From: Chrysomallon squamiferum | Lineage: Eukaryota; Animalia; Mollusca | DNA: 64,000 nucleotides | Direction: 5' to 3' | NCBI GenBank assembly: GCA_012295275.1 | Contig: CM022671.1 | Coordinates: 27,280,001-27,344,000, forward strand | Shown here: piece by piece, positions 46,295 to 60,245 of the stretch | How positions within the stretch are numbered: the stretch's first letter is position 1 | How the letters are laid out: every line of letters begins with the position of its first letter | Notes under the pieces: model-generated | What the model was told of the DNA's origin: nothing | What the model saw: only the letters and a program-made list of their open reading frames with translations | The model's database searches: none | Translations under genes and position numbers: made by a program

Positions 46295-49200
46295 CTACAG
46301 ATTTGTGGAGACAAAATTTGAATTGTCTTCTTCATGTTGTTCCATTTTTGATGTGCCATTTTCAGTCTTCTCATCCAGCATGGAATCATCACCTTCTATG
46401 TCATCAATTGTATCTGCGAGCTTTTTGCCATGAGTTTCTGGCAGGAGGCATATAAGAAATCCTGCTATCAGAGTCATTACTCCAAATATAATAACAGGTA
46501 TGGAGACATCACCTTTCCTTCCCTTCAAATACAAAAATTAGTATCAGTAAATATTTTTCAATTTGCTCAGAATCTACAATATGTATTTGTTACAAGATTA
46601 TAAACCAGTTATGATAATTATATATTTATCAAATGTTTCTTGTAAAGGCTGCAACTTCCATTATGTGGAATAGTTTCATTCTTAAACTGCAAAGATTCTT
46701 CTATATGCGTCTATCCATAACCCTAAGAGAGCAGGTATCATTTCTTTTAGAAAGAGAAATAACAAAACTGGTATATGTCACCCAGCAAAAAACATCAGTT
46801 ACTGATGCATTGCTCTCTCAGTAACAATTTAAAATTCAATTTACACAATTCTCTACATGTATAAAAATTAAGAAGCTATGTATAAAACCGTAGTGCTCAG
46901 TGTGAAAGCAAATAGAATAGAGATATTTAAACCAGACTCATAATTGCCTCTTTCATTTCTTTTAAAAGACAATATTTAGTAATAATCAATCATTTGCACT
47001 CCAGCTGTTTTTCAATTAATGCATAAGCTGAGAAATCTGACAAAAATCAAGACCCTTACAGTGTCCTGCATGTGTTGAATAAGCTAATCTCTGAATACTA
47101 ACCATGTTAAGTGTTGTTATAGACAAAGCTGCTTTGGTAAAAACTGGACTATGGAGTTTAAAGAGACTTTTGAATAATAAATATTTTTAAACAAAATTTA
47201 AAATTAATTTTATTTTTTAAAGTTGGTTATTTTGTCTATAAAACATACCAGTGTATTAATCTGCGGTGCTATGACACCTCCTAGACGGGCCCAAGTAGCA
47301 CAAGCTCCCATTCCAATGTTCCTGCAAAACCAACACACAGAACTGTTATTAAAAATGCAGTTAAATATCTTTAAAACCACAGCATATTATCATTCATCTC
47401 TGGTGTATCATATCTCATTTTCACTGACCAACTATTATGCCTAGGTATTGCCTATTTCTAATTTTTTTTTTTTTTATCACAGTACCCACCTCAGTAATGA
47501 TGAGGCCAAAAAATTTAAAAACATTATGTGGCATAATTTTAGACTTTGTAAATAATAATAATGATAAATGATTTAGTGGTGGGAAAATTCTAAAAATACA
47601 AATTCTCGCATAACAAAAAGAACAATAACAACAATAACAATAATAATGATAATGATAACACCAATTATAATTACAACAACAACAATAATAATAAAAGAGG
47701 AAATTACATATTGACATAATACTGTAAAGTTGTACCTTATGACAGTTGGAAACAGCTCAGATGTGTACAGGAAAATAACACTGAACATGCCAGCCATAGA
47801 GAATCTCCCAACAATAGCAAAACCAGTTGAAACCAGCTTAAGGTCCACTCCAGATTCTATACAAAATAAAACAAATTAATATGAATTATCAGTATTTTAA
47901 GACATAAATTAATGTAGTGCTTTCACATTTTTAATGGCTTTAAAATCATTACAATAAAAGAAGTATTTTGATTGGCCTGCTGGTAAATAATACCAAAAAA
48001 AAATAATGTAGCAAAGACAAGATAGTTTTTCTCACAATGTTGGTAAGCATAATAGAATACAAGAGTACAACATATTAACAAGAACACAAAATACAGATTT
48101 AAATTTTTAGTAACATGCTATTAATAAACATCATCACGAATGTAAAAGAAGAGTGAAATACTATATACCAACAAAACAAATAAAAAATAACAAGATACCT
48201 GTCACATAAGATGGAAAACTTCCAGCTATGATGCAAGTCAGAGCTCCTAAAAACCCATAAAAAATCATTGGTTTCTTCCTACCAAATCTGAAAACACATT
48301 AATTAATACCAGTACATTTACAAGCAAATATGTAAATAGGAAATGAAAAACCAATATTAACAAGGTTAGCAGCAAAAATGAAAAGGACTTCAGTTATAAA
48401 GGATCTTTCATATTCAGACAGAAAAACATAAGGGTCATTCCGTGTCAAATCACCCCCAAAAAAAAGAAATTTAAACCCGCCTGTCTCAGATTTTTATATA
48501 ATGGCTGAAAAGGTGTTATTTTCATGTATGTGCATTTTTTAAATCTATATTGTGGCTAAACAAAAAATATTACACACAGGAAACTTTTATATGTTTTAGT
48601 TAGCACGTGGGAGATTAAATTTCAATAAAGGTCATCTCAAGATCACGTGATCCACACGGTCAATTTCAAGGTCATAGCAAAGGTCAAAAGGTCAAGGTAC
48701 TCCAATATTTTCCAAACTAAACAAAAATGGCAGATTTGGAATCCTTGTCATTTTGCCTTTCTAACAATACCAATTTTATGAAGATTGGCCCAGAAGTTCC
48801 TGAGATATGAGGGTTCTAAGGTTGGTGGTCACACCCATTTTTGGTAAAAATCTCAAAATTCGGTGGGCCGTATCTCCCACACCACTGGTCTGATTGAGCT
48901 AAAATTTCAGATTTGGTGCTGTGGGATCCCAGTCAACAAGTATACCAAGTTTCATAAAAATCTGAGACGGTCGGGTTTAAACCATTGGGTGATTTGACAC
49001 GGAATGACCCATAACAAAGTCTTAGATAAAACAGTAATAATGTACATTCTGGAAAGGGAATTGTCCTAACAAAGAAACAGTGCTCTAATCCACTAAATAA
49101 AATCCTATTCTAAAGTTAAATACAATGTATTTTTGAACATGCAAATGGCAAAAATAAAAAACAGCAAATAATAATAATTATACTAACCTTTTCATAATAC

Positions 49201-52200
49201 CTATTGCCAGTAGGTAAGCAAACATTTCTACACAAGCACCAATGAAAAAGTTTAAATATTTATTGCCTGCAAGTTGTGTGATTCTGAATGTGAGACCATA
49301 GTACCCTACTGCCACAGAAAGCCTGCAATGTAGAAATATCATTATAAACATTATAAGCTACAAAAATAATTCTAATATATAAATAAAATTTAAAATAAAT
49401 AGCTACAGATAGATACAAGGATTGAAATTAAGGAATGTGTTAAGAATAGACTATAAATTGAAATTCTGTATTAAAATAATGATCAGTTTTATAAAACAAA
49501 TATGATAGTAATGATACAAAAGTAACTGCAGACACATTAAAATAGAGATATGTAAATAATACCATTTATGCTAAAATGTTAAATATTCTTTATAGTTACT
49601 ACTATATCAATAATAACAACAATATTATGTGTACTACTGTTGTTGTTGTTGTTAGTGATATTATTACTGCTATGACACAATGACTACTACTACCACCACC
49701 ACAACCACCACTATTATTACTATCCTGCAATTAATAACAACAACAACAATAACAATAACAAATGTGCCAAAGTTTCAAATGTAATATTACCATGCGTAAA
49801 ACAAAATGAAACTTCTTTTTCTCAGCCTTGGTGTTTTAAGAAGATGTAGGATGTTGTAATGACGTGTGCCAGCTTCATGGCGAGCTTCCGCAGCAGTTTT
49901 GAGAACTTCAAGCTGCTCTTCTGGAACAGTACAATTGTTGCATTTTGCAATTTTCTTCACTGTTGCATCAATTTCATCTACTTTTCCTTTCAGTGACAAC
50001 CATCTCAGAGATTCAGGAACAACCCTGAATTAAAACTTCACATCGTAGTAAAAGGATGGAGAGATAGAGACAAACAGATATGAAGATAAAATGATTAATA
50101 TTTAATTCAATATTAGTGCAAAACATAAAACAAATTCTAAAATCAAAGTAAATATTTTTAAATATGGAAGAAAAGAAATAGATTTTTTTGATAATTTCAT
50201 ATCTTTGATGTCTCTGCATTATTCTACTTTGATAATACAAGTTTTCACCATTTCTTAATTTTGTCCTCTATTCGTTGATACTAACATAATAGTTATCATG
50301 CTCAGATTCGTGTCTTTTTATATTACTTGACCTTTATACTGAACATTTTGTTAGAATCTTTTTCACATTATCTTTGCTTTATATTCAACAAATAAGGTAC
50401 TAGCGGTGAACAGGTTGTGTGAATTTTTGTACTTTGTTTCAGACTGTAAGCTAATTCTTGATATATGTTTTGAACACAAAAGATGTTTTCATATTTACCA
50501 TATATAAAACAAAGTCAGAACACTTGGAATACTTATTGCCAGCTGCATATAGTGCCAATCTCTAATAAAATAAGCAAAGCCTGCAAGACATATTACACTG
50601 AAGCCCCAAAAACATTCAACGATAGCACCTGCGATTGGACGAAAATGTGGCAAGAAAAGCTCAGCTACCAAAACATAGCTTGAGATTTGGAGACCCTGCA
50701 ATACATTGAAAAGTAAATGAAAACAGGAATTATACAAACCCATCATGTAAACTGCCATTATAAGGAGGTACAAGCAAGCAGATTATATTGACAGCATATA
50801 ACTATATACATTTTCCAAAGATCAAAAGTAGTTATAAATAAATGTGCCCATTTCTATCATTAAATATTTATTTTAATTATGTTTATAACAGTTTTCAAAC
50901 ATTTAGCAAAACATATGTACTTGGCACACCTTCTTAAATTGTGTATCAGAGTTAATGGTCATCTACAATTTAATTTTTATCTGCTACTTTCATTCTTAAA
51001 GAAAACTAATTTGTATGTGCAAACACATATCCACAAACACAAACACAAATCTGTGTTGCTAAATATATAATTACCTGCATAAGAACTCCTTGGATGAATC
51101 TGAGACACACAAACCAAATGTATGAAGGAGAAAAATATATTCCAATACCAACAGCCACTGGTGCATAGAGAGTTACAAGCATTATTGGTCGTCGCCCAAT
51201 GAGATCACACAGATAGCCAAAAACAAGACCACCCACCATCACACCACAGAAATAGATTGTTGTTGCAAGTCCAACAAGTTTTGCATCATCACAAACCAAG
51301 TCCCACTGAAACAAAATTAGAAACAAATAGATATTCAGGAATAAAGTAATAAATAATGATAAATAAAAATTAACATAAATATGATATTATTATTATTATT
51401 AATTTTTTTTAAATATTGATCCATTCCTCTTCAGTGCCAAAATATTTCTCGACTTGTTAAAGGTTGTGGTATGTGTTTTCTAGTTTAAGAGAAGGTACTC
51501 ATAAAATTTGTCTTGCTGAAAAGAAATTCAAGAAACATATCATCACAGGCTATTTTACTGAATAAAATTATAAAGAATTATGGCTTTAAGCATTTTGTAT
51601 GAAGTATAATGATTCATACTTTATTACTTATATAAAACAGCATTACCTTTTTTACAATATTAATGGTAACATATGTCATCAGATGTATAATATATATATA
51701 CAAAACTCTCTTTTATTAATATTATTATTATTATTGGAGTGAACAGATGTTTGGTGTCTTATTTTAATGTTATAAACAATTTAATAAAAAGAAAAACAAT
51801 TATAGAGAGGGAATGTCAAAAATAAAACTTTTAGGCTAACACTTGCTCTTTGATGGTTTCACATGAACAAAAGTTCTAACCTCCATTGATATGGTTGTTT
51901 CTCCGGGCAAGGCTGTGAACACCCATTCACCACTTTTACAAGTGACTGTAACATTTACATCATTGTCATACATCAGAGTGGCCTGGCATTTGGAATGTAT
52001 AACATTTAGTATGGTAGCATTCTTCACTTTGTTTTCATACTTGCTTGCATTTATCGCAGGACTGCAAACATGAGGAATTGTAGATCCAAAAAAGGCCATG
52101 ACCACATGATTGAATACCAGTGGCATGTAGTTACAACACAGCAAAAGAAAGATTATGATCTGAAATCGTCCAGGTTTCCCCAAGTGCCTGAGCACTTCAT

Positions 52201-52273
52201 CCACTTTAACAACCATCATTAAATCATTGGATACATCACCACTCTTCTCTGGAACTGCCATTTTGGCAGTCAT
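46295..52273 (-). CDS. SLC22-family organic cation/anion transporter-like protein, paralogue C, ~566 aa, 9 coding exons
   Basis: Exons: 52273-51881, 51305-51075, 50695-50499, 50024-49791, 49322-49188, 48287-48199, 47856-47736, 47321-47249, 46522-46295; total 1701 nt, open frame. Motifs PGRFQ, E|WDLVC, DLIGRRP, VVPESLRW, FGRK, ELFPTVIR, LPETHGKKL. Confidence 0.95.
48432..49010. mobile_element. 579-bp internally deleted copy (MITE) of the 8212-11034 element, in intron 5 of paralogue C
   Basis: Same termini; ~68 bp of the left end is joined to ~510 bp of the right arm. Perfect 4-bp TSD ATAA (48428-48431 and 49011-49014). Confidence 0.92.
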
Positions 52274-54246
52274 TTTTATTCAAATCTGGAAAGATATTAT
52301 TAATGAATATATATTTTTAACCTCTTGAACCAAAAAACATTATTCATGGGTAAAACAGTTAAAGAAAACAAGAAATGAAATAATAATAATCGTTTTAACA
52401 GATTATCTATCAAACCCAGCAATAGTACTGCTTGAAACAAACAAACAAACAAATAAAACAAATAAAAAATAAAATAATAATAATGATAATAAAATACTTA
52501 ATTAAAAAATTATATGTTATTATTATCAAATTTGACCTTGGGAATGGTTCAAAGATATGCACACACTAATCAATATATCATTATTCAAATCAAATAAAAT
52601 TCCTACTTTTGTTTGTTAGGCATAATTATTTTATATTTAAATTTTAAAATTATTAATTCTTCAGTTGCATATAAAATAATCCATTTATAATTAATCATAT
52701 ATATTTCCATATTGATATATGTAAAACATTTTCAAGATAATTATATATGGAAAAAAGAAAAGAAAGAAAAGTGTTTTGACATGCTGTCAAATGTTCATTT
52801 GTTCCATTTCAAAAAATAATTAAAGAAATAAATAAATAAAATAAAATAAATAAAAACTATAAACATAAAAATAATATACTAGTATCCAATTTTACATATA
52901 CAATTTCCAATTACTGAAAATCACCATCCTAAACAAGCATGATTGTACATGCATATAATAAAGATTACTTATTTACTAGCTGTTTTAGTGTTTACTTTTT
53001 CAGTATAATCTAAACCGTAATAATCTCAAGTCTTCATCATTATCAGCGTCAAAATAATAATAAAGGAAAATTATATACAGTAATAGTAATAGTTACAGTA
53101 ATACTGTAAATACAGTATCAGTATGATTCTATATAAGTATATTCAGTGGTTATGCTTACCCACAAATGAATACATGGTTGATTCAAATATCATATTAATT
53201 TGAAATGACATCATCTTTTCAAGAAAATATTTCCGAAAGAAAAGGAAAATTAAAACGTCAGTAGTCCCACATCAAATAAGCTGTAATTTGTTTAAGCAGT
53301 TGTAGCTCTAGTAAGAGTAAGTCTTAGCGTAATTATAATCACTGATCACTGTTTAATTTATTAGCCTATAATAATAAAATATTAATATTAGATATAATGA
53401 TAATAATAATAATAAAATCAGTGAAATGTAAAATGAACAACTATGTAAAATGTAGCTTTTTTGAGAATACTTCGGTCGACATATGACTACAAACACGCAA
53501 GCCGGCTATTTCCTGTAAATCGCTTTCTACGGTAGGTCATTTGAGTCAGAATTCCAAATAATTTATATAAATAGAACAAATTCTTTAATTACCAATATTA
53601 AGTGAATCATACTTGCATATCATATGTTATCTTTAACAACTATTTTTTTGTTGTTAAATATAAAATTCAGCTAGTACATCAAATCATTTACTTAAATCAT
53701 AATCAGTCATTTAATGTTTGAATGCATTATTAATAATTTAACATTCATGTCAAATTAATTAAATGCACATAATAAAATTAATGTATTTCTGTTGTCTACT
53801 TTTGCATGTGTTAATTAGTGGGACACGGGTCTGTCCAGACTATGTTATGACCCATATGGCTAATCATAGATTCCTGCATAGCAACGGTAAGAGTATAAAC
53901 AGAAATTTACAGAAAACCTATTTATAAAATATGTCATCCAATTTGGCAAAATAATAGTTTCCACACAGCGAATTTTCTCTTCCGTCTTTTTTTTCCCCTT
54001 TCGATTTCTCTTTCGATTTCCTTTTCTCCTCACTGTTTATGTGTTTATTTATTTATTTATTTATTTATTTTTGTTTGTTTATTGATTTCTTGGTTGACTG
54101 ATGGCCAGAACCGGTACCGAGATACAGTTCCAGTACATATTTATACTAGGCTTAAAATTACAATCCATGCAAACTTGAAAAGAAACAAAACGTATAACTA
54201 TTAACTCTCACAAACGCAGGTATTTATATGATATATTTTGTCTTGA

Positions 54247-54297
<51 letters not shown>

Positions 54298-56479
54298 CAT
54301 TATTATTATTATTATATTACATTTATTATTATTTAAAAAAAATTCCATCTATATGTATAATAAACATATTTATAAAGAAACAAATCAGAAGCAACAAATG
54401 GAAGGAGATAACTCTTGACTAAGGAAAATATATTTTAAAGTTTAGACCGTAGAGCTCTACATCTGCTTAACTTTAACTCTACCACTGTTCGTCATTTAAA
54501 GTGATAAAATGACCATGAACTGTATAAATAAAAAGGGATTTAAATAACGCACCTTTGTGCGATCATGCGAAACCGAGAGAGGTCAGTGAACAGAAAAATG
54601 ATGATAACAAAATAACATTTGGAATTCTACTTCAAAATGTTATAGAAAATCAAAAGATAACAATAAGCAGTGCAAGAATCAAATTAGCAATATGGGGTAT
54701 CTTTTATAAATTATAAATAAAAATATCGGAACAAAGTAAAGCGATATATATATTTGTTTATAATAATTTTCAGCTAGAGGTTATTTCCATTTTTACAGAA
54801 ATACAGTTACCTGTAGCTATTCTTCTTTTTTCCTAATTCTTTTTAAACGTTTAAATTTCTAATACTTTTAGCTTCTTATAGATAATTAAAACATTTTGTA
54901 AATAAAGATACTTGCCTCTTTTAGTGTGTCGTTTCAGTTATATCAGGAAATGTTTTAACTCTTCTTCGCTGAACCTTCCTCTTACACAAACGTGAAATGA
55001 TTGTCCAAATAAAACGTCACAGAAGACTGGATGAAGTAATTCGTTGAAACCGTAAATGAACTAAATGTGTCTGTCTCTCAGGACCTCTCCAATTGTCTCC
55101 AATTGTCTTATTTACATCATTATAAATTATTAATAAAACATTATCCAGTTTTTGTTTCATGAAATTCTGTTCCAATGAGAAATATATGCATAAAAGAAAA
55201 AAAAAAAAAAAAAAAAAAGATTTTGAAAACATTGTAAACTGAAAAAAACCCACATATTATTTGACACAAATGATGGAATGATATTGGGCGCAGATGAAGT
55301 GACATTATCATAATAATAATTATTATTATCATAATATTAAAATTAAAAATGTATGATCACTCACTATGCGTATTTATTATTGTCTAATTATTATCTAATT
55401 TATGTCAAACGTTTCTACATTAAATTATAAGATTTTTAAAATAAGATTTTTTTAAAAATTTATAATGATATATATATATCACAAATACAGTAGCTCAGTA
55501 ACGTATCATATGATGATACAGAGGTGCTGAGCATAGTATCGTGGATTAAACTAACATAAAGTAAAATTCGTGGAGTATTTTCTCAACCGTCTGTACATTT
55601 TTTATTTTTAACTGTTAACAATTTGGCATTTTGTTTTATATGATGCGAGCGCTTCAGGGAAAAAAAAATTAAATACATAAACTAAAAAAAAAAAAAAAAA
55701 ATTTAAATTCATGTCAATAAGTATAAAACGACTGTTTCTACAACCACAACAAAATATGCTTCTCTGTTGGTTTATATGTATAGTGTGTGGGTTTTGTGCG
55801 TGTGCATGCGGGATCGTAGACTGATTACAAACTGTGCTCATTAAGTATTCGTCCCTTTGCTTTTATAAAAAGTAGCAGGCCCCCTAATAACCATTTTAAA
55901 GTTTTTATTTTAATGTTTAGGAATCCATTGGTATTGTTTCAGCCGCCATATATTTCAAACATTCACTATTCATATTTTAGTACGACAAACACAAAGTCTC
56001 TTAGAAATAACACGTTCGAATAAAAAAAAATGATTATTAAGTTTTAGTGAAAGAATTAGTGGTTAGGTTATTTAACTCCTTTCTCTTTTTTTAAGCAACA
56101 ACAACAACAACGACGAAATTAACAATAGAAATTTTGCCTCGAAAATAAATACATTTCAGTCCTCTAGACTCCGTAGAACGAATGGACGATTAAAACGAAA
56201 AAAAAACAAACAAAAAAAACGAACATTTGGTACATCTATTATAACAACCAAAGAAATCTATCAAAAATTAAGTGCAATGTATAATGAAATAATGACAATC
56301 ATATTTGTTAGCTATTTGTTAGCAGAATATTTCGGAAAAGGGGAGCTTCTTCAGTATTGCATAAGGACTTAACTACAAAAATAACATGTAAACACGTTTA
56401 TGTTTAGTCTGCATTTGCATATAATATCTATTTAGACAGATATAATAAGATTTTCTATTGAATATTTTTTCTTACCCTT

Positions 56480-56483
<4 letters not shown>

Positions 56484-56543
<60 letters not shown>
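56484..56543. repeat. (AG)n microsatellite upstream of LIMK
   Basis: Direct reading. Confidence 0.97.
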
Positions 56544-56545
<2 letters not shown>

Positions 56546-56960
56546 TTCAGGAAAAACTAGAACGTTTGAATTCATTAATTAATGGATGTTTATTTTTAAA
56601 ACTGATAACTATAATACATATAATTAATGAATTTCAAATGTCCGCTATTACTATTCTCTACGAAAATATACTCATGTGATCTTATCTCTAAGTCGGGTTA
56701 TTTCCCTTAGTTTGCAGTATTTGTTTTTATGTTACGAAACTAGCAATGAATATTTTGCAAAACTATTTTAATTCTAAACATGTTAATTCCGAAGAACTGA
56801 TGTTCTATATTGTTCTAACATACAAAAGATAGTAAATGTTATAATTCAGTTACTTGATTAATAATTGCTAAACGTAAAATATGAGTGTAACTTGCTTTAG
56901 AACGAAACAAACAAGGATGTAAAAAGTATATTGAAAATATTCATTGATAACAAATTCAGT

Positions 56961-56998
<38 letters not shown>

Positions 56999-57534
56999 AT
57001 GTATGACGTTTCGCCATTGATCGAAATGTAACAAACCAAAAAAAAAAAAAAAAAAAATTTTTTAAAAACAATTCAGTTTTTCATTATTTGGTAATGAAAA
57101 AACATATTCTATTTCATTTATTATAAAGTAAAATTAGTGAAATCCATGAGTATCATGGAGCTTTAGGATTTTTAAAAATAAATTTCTAATCCAATTAGTA
57201 ATTGGAAAAGTCCGGAGAAATTTACTATTAGTTTAAATTTACTTTCACTTTCAATAAAATATCATCTTTCACACTATTATAATAAGAAAAAGAGAATACA
57301 GTTTAAGAATATTTATATTTAACTTCGATATTCATATTTGATAATATTGAATAGTGTGGAGATTTGGGAGATGAAGTGTACAAGCTAAGACAGGGCAAAT
57401 CTTTAATGAAAAAGGTAAAATTATTTCAAGATAACTAGTCTCGATAATATTTTACTTTTCAATTTTTGTATTCATTGCTGGCTGTAAGAAGAAGGTACCC
57501 TTTGATAATTAAGGTTCTTAGAAATGGTGTCGTT

Positions 57535-57737
57535 ATGTCTGATGACGAAGAAGACTCCTCAAGTAAGAGTTGAAATAGCTATCATTTTGAATAATTACTT
57601 AAATTTTTTGACGAAACATTAAATTATAATTTTTATGTTTCAGGTAAGGAGCATGTCTGTGCAGGTTGTTCTCAGATGATTGAAGATGAAACGTTTGTCC
57701 AAGCGCTAAATCGTGACTGGCATGCATCCTGTTTTCG
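57535..57737 (+). CDS. LIMK1: LIM domain kinase-like gene, first two coding exons (gene continues beyond the window)
   Basis: Exon 57535-57562 (ATG...TCAA|gtaaga) plus exon 57644-57737 (tttcag|...CG|gtaaat) splice to MSDDEEDSSSKEHVCAGCSQMIEDETFVQALNRDWHASCFR. This matches the first half of LIM1 of LIM kinases (human LIMK1 [28 protein letters not shown], recalled). No third exon was found before 64000. Confidence 0.85.
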
Positions 57738-59877
57738 GTAAATTTGATAGCTTCATTTAAAGATATTTCAGTTTTGTATATTGGGATTGAATCATTATTT
57801 ACATATACATTTAATAACAAATTTAATAAGAATAATAGATTGACAACGTAATGAACATTAAAATGAATAATAAATACCAATATATCTGTAAATTATAATT
57901 CGTATGTACCTCTGAACAGTGAATCGTATGTACTAATACATTATACAGTAAATACTAGTAACTATAGACATAGTATACTATATAGCATTACAATTAGTAT
58001 ACTTTAAAATATATTCATAATATTGATAATGTTTCAGACAAGATCAACTTGTAATATTAATAATACTTTTTACCAAAGAAGTGGAATATGGAATTTGCAA
58101 ATAATATTATTGAATATACAACATAAACATGGGATAATAATATAAAATCAGTAAATGTTCATTATGCTGATTACATTACACATTATACTTATAGCTGTTT
58201 CAAGTCATCTGATTTTCTAGCTTTTTTATATGCTATAAGCCTTTTTGATTTCATATTTGCTGCAGATATATGATTTCACTGTATCAGCAACATTTTAAAC
58301 CATTTAAAAAAAAAGTTAATTTAACTCTGAAAACATCAGGTAATATATTTTATATGATGCTTCTTGTGTAATTAAAAGTAACAGGTGTAGTTATTATATG
58401 TTTAAAATTGAAATATATGTTTGCCTATGGTTGCATTGTTTTTAAACTGTGATCTTTTTACTACTGGATTTAAGTCCATATTTTTGGTACAATTCCATAA
58501 TTTTTTAATAAATTGCTTGCCTTGATAACCTCACAAAATGTATTTATTTGGCAAAAACATCATTTGATGCTGAAATAAAAACAGGATTTATAATGGAAAT
58601 GACTGATTATGCCCAGTAAATGTTTCTTAATATTACCTGTTCTAGATGTGTGACAAAAACTGTCAGCACTGAATCGAAAGATCTCCCAATTTTAGTGACC
58701 CATTTTCATTTTCCTCGAAGGGATTCCCTCATTTAAGTTTCATCATTGTTTGAACATCATTTCCAAAAAAAAAAAAAACCCATCATGATGTACTATATGC
58801 ATATTCAGGTTCATTTCTGTAATTGTTTCTTGACATGTTATCTTTGTTAAACTATGGATAATCAAAAGACAAGTTTACTGTTTCAAAATGATTGTCACGT
58901 GACTAAGATAAGCTTATTGAGGACGTTAAATCATATACAGGGTGCAGAGTATGCCTTTCTCTCATGCTATGCCAAATTTCATACAAGTATATGAGAAACT
59001 TAGTTTGTGGTTGTAGTATGTGTGATGTTATCAGCAAATGATGCAGCCATAGATATTGCTGTTGATGCTGATGTGAGAAGTTTGATATTTCATTCATTTT
59101 ATTGTGCAGTTCAGTAATTATTTGACATAATATTTCAACTGAGTGATATTTTAGATAATGTTTCCTTTCTGTATGTTGGTTTTATATTATATTGTTAAAA
59201 TATACATAATTGAGGTGAATGGTACATTAGTGCACTTAATTAATTCAAATTCATGACTGTTAGCTCTAGAACACATTCAAAATTAAAACAAAACAAAAAA
59301 TAATAATAATGTGTATTTTATTTTGATTGTTTTTTTTAAAATTAACTGGATTACATTAAAATTTGTTAATCATGAATGTAATTTCATGAATGATTACTTG
59401 ATGTTTTATCTGAAACTAAGTGAGATGTTAAAAGCTCACAAGAGCTAATATTAATATATTTTATTTATAATAAAAATATTAATAAACATTTCTTTATTAA
59501 ATTGTTTTCCATGCATCATCCTTGTAACTGATATTTCTTTTTATAAAAACAATTAGATACATTTAATAGGTTTTGTTCATCTTTAATTATTTATATAACT
59601 TTATTTAAACACACTTATTTTGAAATATGATTTTTATATGTGTTTGTGTGTTTAGCAAAAGTGCTTTTGGCAAAATTAAAATGTTCAGTGGAATCTTGTG
59701 CATGTTTGTGCAATAAGAATGATATAATATTATTAATTTATTAATATTAATAATCTACATATAATTTGACACTTGAATTAATAATTTTAGCATCTAATAT
59801 TCCAAATTCCCAGCTAAATAAATAATATTATCTTGTGTGAATGACCAGCTAAATTAAGACAGCATAACCATTTTATA

Positions 59878-60245
59878 TTAATGAATAAGATTGTTATTTA
59901 GTTCAACCAACAAGCTAAATGAATAGAAATGTTATCTAGCACAACTAACAAACTAAATGAATATGGTTATTATCTATTAATAAGAAAAAGTTAAGTGTGT
60001 AGACTTGTAATCTAGCATGGTTGGGAAACTAAACTAAACAGGACTGTTACTATTAACAGTTAAGAAGTTAAATGAACAAGATTATTAACTAGTACAACCA
60101 GTCATCTGGTTATATGTTAACAACAGACAAGTTAACAGAATTGTAGTTTAGCATTTTAAACCATTTAACAGCTGAAAAGCTAAATGAATAAAATTATTAT
60201 CAATTAAGAACCAGCAAACTAAATAAACAGGACTATTAATAGTAT
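59878..60245. repeat. Degenerate 38-bp minisatellite in LIMK intron 2
   Basis: Units such as TAAATGAATAGAAATGTTATCTAGCACAACTAACAAAC and TAAATGAATATGGTTATTATCTATTAATAAGAAAAAGT, about 9-10 copies. Confidence 0.7.

Noticed and set aside
58641-58720. tctag|ATGTGTGAC as LIMK exon 3
   Set aside because: In the required phase it gives CVTKTVSTES, without the CxxC needed to continue LIM1.
59878-60245. Regularly spaced 38-bp units as a CRISPR-like array
   Set aside because: Similarity extends across the whole unit, so there are no unique spacers; there are no cas genes and the context is a eukaryotic intron. It is a degenerate minisatellite.
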